Shown piece after piece: positions 57,485 through 64,000 of a DNA stretch of 64,000 nt. Position 1 is the stretch's first letter; each line of letters opens with the position of its first letter. The DNA comes from Leptospiria bacterium. Its GTDB lineage: Bacteria; Spirochaetota; Leptospiria; Turneriellales; CBDBES01. Made by a program: the position numbers and the translations under genes. The notes beneath the pieces are model-generated. The model saw only the letters and a program-made list of their open reading frames with translations. It ran no database searches and had not been told where the DNA came from. The stretch spans positions 229,308 through 293,307 of the forward strand of contig OZ253494.1 of assembly GCA_965262015.1 (NCBI GenBank), written 5' to 3'.

Positions 57485-58693
57485 TTATTTTTTATACTGA
57501 TTTAGAATTAATTCTGCTATATAGTTTGGATTTGCTTCCATAAAGTCATCAGGTACGTTTTGTCCATTTGTCAAAAAAGAGAGTGGTTGTTTTACTTCTT
57601 TAAACAAGTTAATAAGATGGCCAAGTTGATTGGTCTCATCTAGTTTGGTCAATAATATGTAGTCAAAATGAAAAATTGAAAAACTTTCTACAATGTCTAA
57701 CATGTCACTAAACTTAGAAGAAGCTGATAGGGCTAAGTGCTTTTCTATGTATGGTATGGAAGAGTTATTTTCTTCCGTGAGTAGAAGTTGATTTTTCTTT
57801 AATAATTTATTATCTTTATGACTTATTCCTGCTGTATCCAGCAGAATATAGTCAGACTTACTGGCTTTTATAGTGTCTGTAAGTTGCTTATTATTGGAAC
57901 AAACAGAAAATTCAGCATCTAGTATTCTCGCATAAATCTTTAGTTGTTCTGTTGCTGCAATACGATAATTATCTAAAGAAATTAAAGTAAGTGTCTTTTT
58001 TTGCTGTAATTTAAGATGAGATGCTAACTTTGCTAAACTTGTTGTCTTGCCAATACCAGTTGGCCCAATAAAAGCAATTATTCTTTGTGAATTAAACTCT
58101 TTTACACAGTTAATAGAAGAGACAAGATGTTTCAATGTATATTGGTACAGAGTTTCTGTGTTGTGCCACTTATTTTGTGGTAGCGAGGTTTGAATTTTAT
58201 GAATAATTGTCTGTGCTATCTGTTGATCCATATCTTGACTGATTAAGTAATCATTAAGATTCTGGAACTCTTCAGGTACCTTGGGTGGAGTATGTTGATT
58301 ATAGGCTAACTGTGATACAAACTCTTTGATAAACCGGACATCATTCTTAAGAACATGCATCTGATTTTCATCAGTAATGGAAGTTTGATTAGATTTTTCA
58401 AGGTGTTTGTTTAGGTCCTTTAGAAACGTTTTATTATTCACTTGACTTTTTGTATCTGTGACTATATCTTTTTGTGATAATTGTGGCATATTTATTTTGG
58501 TCTGCTTATCAGGTTGTTTTTTTTCTTGAATGGCTGCTTCAATTAAAAAATATTTTTTACCCATTAACTTAGAGAAAAACGAACTAGACTTAACTTCTTT
58601 TTCACTAAAAATAATAGCATCTGTACCATATAATTTTCTTAACTTACTTAAAGTATCAGCATGTTTTTGTCCAGTAATTTTAACATATTTCAT
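57485..58693 (-). CDS. flhF: flagellar biosynthesis GTPase FlhF
   Basis: SRP-type GTPase motifs IAFIGPTGIGKTTSLAKLA, LLDTAG, TKLDET; located downstream of flhA. Confidence 0.88.
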   Translation of the reverse strand: MKYVKITGQKHADTLSKLRKLYGTDAIIFSEKEVKSSSFFSKLMGKKYFLIEAAIQEKKQPDKQTKINMPQLSQKDIVTDTKSQVNNKTFLKDLNKHLEKSNQTSITDENQMHVLKNDVRFIKEFVSQLAYNQHTPPKVPEEFQNLNDYLISQDMDQQIAQTIIHKIQTSLPQNKWHNTETLYQYTLKHLVSSINCVKEFNSQRIIAFIGPTGIGKTTSLAKLASHLKLQQKKTLTLISLDNYRIAATEQLKIYARILDAEFSVCSNNKQLTDTIKASKSDYILLDTAGISHKDNKLLKKNQLLLTEENNSSIPYIEKHLALSASSKFSDMLDIVESFSIFHFDYILLTKLDETNQLGHLINLFKEVKQPLSFLTNGQNVPDDFMEANPNYIAELILNQYKK

Positions 58694-60771
58694 TAGGTAT
58701 TTACCTCTTCTAATGCGGGTAGTGATACATAGTCTTTAGATTGAATTTGTATATCATTAGGTATTTCTTCATAAGCAAGTACAACAAAATCTCTTAAAGG
58801 TAACTCTCTTTCTAGAATATGTAATATTCCAAAACGAATAACAGCAGTACAAATAAATATTGGTATACGGTTATATTCTTTTTGGTATTTATTATAAGTC
58901 TCAAATAGAGCATTTTTAATATTTGTTTGCATATTAGGATGTAATGCAAAAATTTTACCTTCTTTTTCATCGATATGCATGGTTTTACGCATTTCATTTT
59001 CTATGGCAGGATCAATTTGTATAGCTTCAATGGTATTATTCACAACATATTTTTTGATAATTTGCAGTCTTATACGCTGTCGAACAAATTCTGTCAGTAT
59101 AGCAGAATCAGTAACTTTTTCAGCATAATCAGCAATGGTCTCTAAAATGAGTACTAAGTTACGGACAGAAATCTGTTCTTTAAGTAAATTATGAAGTACC
59201 TGTTGAATGGTTTTAAGGCTAGTATTCTTGTTAATTTCCTCAATTAAAAAAGGATTTTTTTCTTTGATCTTATCTATTAACATTTTAACTTCTTCTCTGC
59301 CCATGATTTGTGGGGCATAATTTTTTAATGTTTCACTAAGATGTGTAATAATAATGTCATAGGAATCAACCACTAAATATCCACGATTTTCAGCTTCTAT
59401 TTTATTTTCTGGTTGAATTAAAATAGCATCTACTCGAAAAGTAGGATCTGTATATTTTTCCCCATCAATAGGATCTTGTATGGGACTGCCTTTTTCCATA
59501 GCAATTAACTTGTCGGGATATACACTGGCTGTTTCCACTTCTATCCCGCCAATTAAAATAGAATACGCATTACCTTCTAATTCCATGTTATCATTAATGC
59601 GAATGGGTGGTATTATCATTCCTAATTCTTTTGCAAACTTTTGTCTAAGTAAGGTGATCTTTTCTAATAAATTACCGCTTTGTGAATCATCCACTAGAGT
59701 AATCAAATTATAACCAACTTCTAATTTAATGGGATCAATTCCAATATCATCTAAAAATCTTTCTGTTTTGGCTACTGTTTTTTGTTGTTCTTCCATTTCA
59801 GCTTGTTCTATAAATTGTTTATTAGCATTTTTTTGTATTACATAAGCTATTAGACCACAAAAGCTAGCAAGAAACCATAGGGGTAACTTGGGGAATCCAG
59901 GGACAATAGATGCCATAGCCAAGGTACCTGCCACAATCCACAAGATAGTAGGATTGTGGAATAGCTGTTCAGATATATCTGTTCCAATATCCGTAGTGGA
60001 GCTAGCACGGGTTACTACCATGCCCGTGGCTGTAGTGATAAGAAGAGACGGTAATTGAGCTACTAAACCATCGCCAATGGTAAGTAATGTGTAGACTTTA
60101 AGAGTATCTATAAAACCTTCATTCTTTGTAAATACACCAATAATTAATCCACCAATAATATTAATGACTGTGATAATGAGGCCTACACGGACATCTCCTT
60201 GTACAAATTTTGTTGCACCATCCATTTGTCCATAAAAGTCTACTTCTTTACGCAATTTATTTCTGCGTTCTCTTGCATCTTCCTCAGTTATAATTCCTGC
60301 AGAAAGATCTGAATCAATGGACATTTGTTTACCAGGCAGAGCATCTAATGTAAATCGTGCCGCTACCTCACTAATACGAGTGGCACCTTTGGTAATAACC
60401 ATCATTTGTACTAGAATTAAAATTAGAAAAATAATCAATCCAATAATGTAGTTGCCACTTACCACAAACTCTCCAAAGGATCTAATCATTTTACTATCAA
60501 AATTACTACCCTCCAATAGAATTAATCTAGTAGAGCTTACATTTAATGCTAGACGATATACAGTTGTGAGCAACAGCAAGGAGGGGAAAACCATAAAATC
60601 ACTACTTTCTTGGCTGTACATAGCTGTAAGTAGTATAATAAGACCCAACATCATATTAATACCAATAAGAAGATCTAGCAAGAACGTAGGTATGGGGATA
60701 ATGAGCATGACAATAACAGAGATTACTGCCAATGCCAGCATAATATCAGTTTGTTCATACCATTTTTTCAT
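58693..60771 (-). CDS. flhA: flagellar type III export apparatus protein FlhA
   Basis: 692 aa; N-terminal 8-TM region, FHIPEP motifs (RFTLDALPGKQMSIDSDL, GAxKFVQGD), cytoplasmic C-domain. Confidence 0.95.
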   Translation of the reverse strand: MKKWYEQTDIMLALAVISVIVMLIIPIPTFLLDLLIGINMMLGLIILLTAMYSQESSDFMVFPSLLLLTTVYRLALNVSSTRLILLEGSNFDSKMIRSFGEFVVSGNYIIGLIIFLILILVQMMVITKGATRISEVAARFTLDALPGKQMSIDSDLSAGIITEEDARERRNKLRKEVDFYGQMDGATKFVQGDVRVGLIITVINIIGGLIIGVFTKNEGFIDTLKVYTLLTIGDGLVAQLPSLLITTATGMVVTRASSTTDIGTDISEQLFHNPTILWIVAGTLAMASIVPGFPKLPLWFLASFCGLIAYVIQKNANKQFIEQAEMEEQQKTVAKTERFLDDIGIDPIKLEVGYNLITLVDDSQSGNLLEKITLLRQKFAKELGMIIPPIRINDNMELEGNAYSILIGGIEVETASVYPDKLIAMEKGSPIQDPIDGEKYTDPTFRVDAILIQPENKIEAENRGYLVVDSYDIIITHLSETLKNYAPQIMGREEVKMLIDKIKEKNPFLIEEINKNTSLKTIQQVLHNLLKEQISVRNLVLILETIADYAEKVTDSAILTEFVRQRIRLQIIKKYVVNNTIEAIQIDPAIENEMRKTMHIDEKEGKIFALHPNMQTNIKNALFETYNKYQKEYNRIPIFICTAVIRFGILHILERELPLRDFVVLAYEEIPNDIQIQSKDYVSLPALEEVNT

Positions 60772-60789
60772 ATAGTTAACACGACCTTA

Positions 60790-62043
60790 TTATGTTTGCT
60801 GTCCAAGTTTTTCTCTAATACTTTCTATACTTAAGAAAAGATCTACCAAGATACGGTAAAATTCTTCAGGGACTATTTCATTTTCTTCTACATTACTATA
60901 TAGCTCTCGGGCTAATGGTTTATTTTCTATAATAGGAATATCATATCGGTTAGCTAAATTACGTAGTATAAACGCTAAATGATCTGTTCCCTTAGCTAAT
61001 AGTCTTGGTGCATCTTCTTTCTCTGGATTATATCGTAAAGCCACAGCAAAATGTGTGGGATTTGTAATCACAACATCTGCATGTTGCACTTGTTGCAGTA
61101 TATGTCTTTTACTATATTCGTATAGTTTTGTTTTTTGTCTTTGTTTGACAAGAGGATCACCCTCTGTTTCTTTCATTTCTTCTTTAATCTCTTGCTTAGT
61201 CATTTTAATACTTTCAATAAATTCACGTTTTTGAAAAAAATAATCTGGTATAGATAGAATAAATAATATGGATAAAAGTATAAGGCTCAATTTGATAGCA
61301 CTATATCCTATCATTTTTAAGCTTTCTGTTGCATTCATTGCTGTACTTTTTAGAATACTAGTAAAATCGTTATGAATGATAAAATAGCTCATACAACCTA
61401 ATAAGGTTACTTTTACTAAAGTTTTAAATAAATTAAAAGCAATTTGTTTAGAGAAAAACACCTTACGCATCATGCCAGATAGAGAAAATTGGATACGTTT
61501 AAAATCAATTTGTAATGGTTTTAATGAGAATAATATACCAACTTGACTAACATTCCCCACGATGGCCATAATAGTTACTACTATTAAAACAGGGGCTACC
61601 ATCCATCCCAGATTAGTAGCTGTACTCATTAATAAGTTTAATAAGGTTGCAGGAGAATATGCTCCCATGGAATGATATTGGCCTAATTGAATCGTCATAA
61701 AATGATATATACGTTTTAGTACCCAATTTGCTGTGAAGAATATAACTAACAAACCCCCCATAGCCACTAGTATATTAGGTATCTCTGGTGTTTTGGCAAC
61801 CCTGCCTTTTTCACGCTCTTTTTGTTTTCTACGTGCGGTAGGTTCTTCTGTACGCCCCTCACTTTCAGAAGAGGCAAAAAGAAGGCCAGATAAAGTGGTC
61901 GTAGATACAGTTAACCAATCAAATATAGGCAACCACTGATATTGTTTATCAATACATAGGTAATTTTGATTCTCCACCCTACATTCTTTTAAGAAAGATC
62001 TGATATGGTAAAATAGATATGACAAATAACAAAGTAATAGCAT
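60790..62043 (-). CDS. flhB: flagellar type III export switch protein FlhB (N-terminal extent uncertain)
   Basis: GRTEEPTARRKQKEREKGRVAKTPE, 4 TM helices, autocleavage motif NPTH (VITNPTHFAVAL). About the first 60 codons of the ORF look non-FlhB, so the true start may be a downstream non-ATG codon. Confidence 0.9.
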   Translation of the reverse strand: MLLLCYLSYLFYHIRSFLKECRVENQNYLCIDKQYQWLPIFDWLTVSTTTLSGLLFASSESEGRTEEPTARRKQKEREKGRVAKTPEIPNILVAMGGLLVIFFTANWVLKRIYHFMTIQLGQYHSMGAYSPATLLNLLMSTATNLGWMVAPVLIVVTIMAIVGNVSQVGILFSLKPLQIDFKRIQFSLSGMMRKVFFSKQIAFNLFKTLVKVTLLGCMSYFIIHNDFTSILKSTAMNATESLKMIGYSAIKLSLILLSILFILSIPDYFFQKREFIESIKMTKQEIKEEMKETEGDPLVKQRQKTKLYEYSKRHILQQVQHADVVITNPTHFAVALRYNPEKEDAPRLLAKGTDHLAFILRNLANRYDIPIIENKPLARELYSNVEENEIVPEEFYRILVDLFLSIESIREKLGQQT

Positions 62044-62102
62044 GATGATGTGACATAATCAAATTAAAATTATATATTGACAAGCCTTTTACATCGTAGG
62101 GT

Positions 62103-63662
62103 ATGATTAGGTATGGTTACCTTCGAAATAACTGCGAAAATACGAATATGACAACACGTAAATCTCATGTAGCTTTATTACATTCTTCACTCAAAACATC
62201 TTTTAAGAGTGATACTCCGTTGGATATTGTTGTCGTTAAATTTGTGTTTGCTTTAGAAACAGCAAAAGGCAAAATTAAGAAAACCACCAAATCTCCTATC
62301 TATGTACAGGGTTATCCATATTTTACTGCAAAGCCTAAAGAAATATTACATACGGTAAATGCTATTTATGTTGGGCTAGGCACTAAGAGTTCTCTAACGG
62401 TGTCCTCGTTATCTGAGACCATAGTTTTTACCTGTCAGAAAATAACTAGTCTTTCTAAGGTACAATTTGATCTTACTCCCTTATGCGTAGGGGAGATTTC
62501 CCTAAAAGACCTTGCAAATATATTTGCTAGTGCCTTACATATTGCTTTATATCCCGTTGACTTCTTAAAAAGTGAACCTTCTAAAGAATTTATTTTGTTG
62601 AAGGAAGTTGTCTTTTTGGTGGATACATCATTTCTTGAGCAGTATAAATCTTATTTTATTTGGTATAGTACACTGTCTCGACATGTTAATGGTATGAGGC
62701 AACTACAATCTTTGCCAAGCAATTATTATACTCCCGTGATGGCTGTTGAAAGGGCTAGATTGTTAGCTAAGCAGCATCACCTAAAGGTCCAAGTTTTTAC
62801 TGAATCTGACTTACGCAAGATGGGTGCTGGTGGTGTTCTAGCTGTTTCTCAAGGTTCTGATAATGAAGGACGTATGATTGTCTTAGAGTATAAACCTAAA
62901 ACACGAAAAAAATTATCCACCTTGGCTCTGGTTGGCAAAGGAGTTACATTTGATACAGGGGGTATATCCATCAAACCAAGCTTGAATATGCACGAGATGA
63001 AATATGACATGTCGGGTTCTGCCTCTGTTATGCATGCTATATCTGCTATTGCTGAATTAAATTTAGATGTTCATGCCGTTGGTATTGTTGGAATGGTTGA
63101 GAATATGCCAGGGGGTTCTGCTCTTAAACCTGGTGATGTGTATCAGTCTTTGAAAGGTTTGACTATCGAAGTACAAAACACAGATGCTGAAGGTCGTTTG
63201 GTACTGGGCGATTTATTATATTATGCTGAAAAACAATATAAGCCAGATCTCATTATAGATATAGCTACACTTACAGGGGCTTGTGTAGTGGCACTTGGCC
63301 CTTTCTATGCAGGTTTATTTGCACGCAATCAGGCTTTGCATAATTTTATGATGGAAGCATCCCAAGATTGTCTTGAGCCAATATGGCCAATGCCTCTTTC
63401 GGATGATTACAAAGAGTTATTAAAATCTAATATCGCTGACTATAATAATATTGGTGGTAGAGGAGGAGGTGCCTCCAGTGCGGCTGCTTTTCTCTCTCTC
63501 TTTACTGAGAAGGAAACTAATTGGGTACATCTTGATATCGCAGGTATTGGGTATACCTCTACTCCATTTCAGTTGTATCCTAGTATAGCAACTGGATTTG
63601 GTGTCAAGCTTTTGACACAAGTAGCTTATCAAATGGCTACATCCAAAAAAAAGTTATTCTAG
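62103..63662 (+). CDS. pepA: leucyl aminopeptidase (M17 family)
   Basis: VGKGVTFDTGGISIKP, MKYDMSG, NTDAEGRLVLGD, ATLTGA. Confidence 0.9.
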   Translation: MIRYGYLRNNCENTNMTTRKSHVALLHSSLKTSFKSDTPLDIVVVKFVFALETAKGKIKKTTKSPIYVQGYPYFTAKPKEILHTVNAIYVGLGTKSSLTVSSLSETIVFTCQKITSLSKVQFDLTPLCVGEISLKDLANIFASALHIALYPVDFLKSEPSKEFILLKEVVFLVDTSFLEQYKSYFIWYSTLSRHVNGMRQLQSLPSNYYTPVMAVERARLLAKQHHLKVQVFTESDLRKMGAGGVLAVSQGSDNEGRMIVLEYKPKTRKKLSTLALVGKGVTFDTGGISIKPSLNMHEMKYDMSGSASVMHAISAIAELNLDVHAVGIVGMVENMPGGSALKPGDVYQSLKGLTIEVQNTDAEGRLVLGDLLYYAEKQYKPDLIIDIATLTGACVVALGPFYAGLFARNQALHNFMMEASQDCLEPIWPMPLSDDYKELLKSNIADYNNIGGRGGGASSAAAFLSLFTEKETNWVHLDIAGIGYTSTPFQLYPSIATGFGVKLLTQVAYQMATSKKKLF

Positions 63663-63705
63663 TTTAGTTGTTGATCTTTCTGAGTAAAATGTCTGAATTC
63701 AGCAT

Positions 63706-64000
63706 ATGATGTTTAGTCAATTTTATGTTCGCCCCCTGCGTAATAAACCTGTTCGTCGTATTGCCTTTATTGGTGGCACGGGTATTTATAATATAGATAG
63801 CCTCTCCATAGAAAAAGAAGTTTACTTTAAAACACCATGGGGCTTTCCTTCAGGTAAAATTGTATTAGGTACATATGATAATGGTACCAATCAGATTCCT
63901 CTCGCATTCTTACCTAGGCATGGTATTGGCCATACTTTCCCACCACATCGTATACCTCAAAGAGCCAATATGGCTGCCCTGAAGATGTTAAATGTAGATC
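63706..64000 (+). CDS. mtnP: S-methyl-5'-thioadenosine phosphorylase / PNP-family enzyme, 5' partial (runs off the window)
   Basis: My own translation: MMFSQFYVRPLRNKPVRRIAFIGGTGIYN...TPWGFPSGKIVLG...FLPRHGIGHTFPPHRIPQRANMAALK; matches the MTAP N-terminus. Not in the supplied ORF track because no stop falls within the window. Confidence 0.7.
   Translation, partial: MMFSQFYVRPLRNKPVRRIAFIGGTGIYNIDSLSIEKEVYFKTPWGFPSGKIVLGTYDNGTNQIPLAFLPRHGIGHTFPPHRIPQRANMAALKMLNVD

Overview
AT-rich bacterial chromosome segment, most likely from a spirochaete: it has two tandem FlaB-type core flagellins with Leptospira-like N-termini, flhB-flhA-flhF and a bactofilin. Core genes on the left are pdhA, gyrA, hisC, gyrB, a 7TM-HD protein, pdxA, prpC-prpB, carB, a PfkB kinase and flaB x2. 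To the right of the island, the minus strand carries nth-tilS-pth-rplY-prs-glmU(N-domain only)-tRNA-Gln-ispE. These are followed by tuf plus rpsJ..rplP (the S10 operon stops abruptly after rplP), a TldD/PmbA-like gene, flhF-flhA-flhB, pepA and the start of an MTAP-like gene. The main finding is an ~18 kb accessory island (about 24.9-43.1 kb) inserted into the 3' end of nth. It is bounded by a ~175-bp direct repeat of that 3' end, and the left copy carries a nonsense change. The island is a mosaic defence island containing: (1) a PLD-SNF2 helicase truncated at a C12 tract; (2) a 2TM protein plus a Ppl-like PHP/SMC-type ATPase behind duplicated leaders; (3) a chimeric methyltransferase pseudogene; (4) an 18-repeat TPR protein with a 2TM tail; (5) an intact 1217-aa type IIG R-M enzyme with an overlapping zeta-like P-loop gene; (6) an RloC-like anticodon nuclease stranded between hsdS and hsdR remnants; (7) a ThsB-like TIR gene with an unknown helical partner and no ThsA. 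Cassette junctions carry at least seven copies of the R-M gene 3' tail (..MVYxLYDLTxxEIKIIEG), which points to repeated cassette exchange at that sequence. No integrase, CRISPR array or rRNA gene was seen. All functional calls come from motif recognition by eye; no searches were run.
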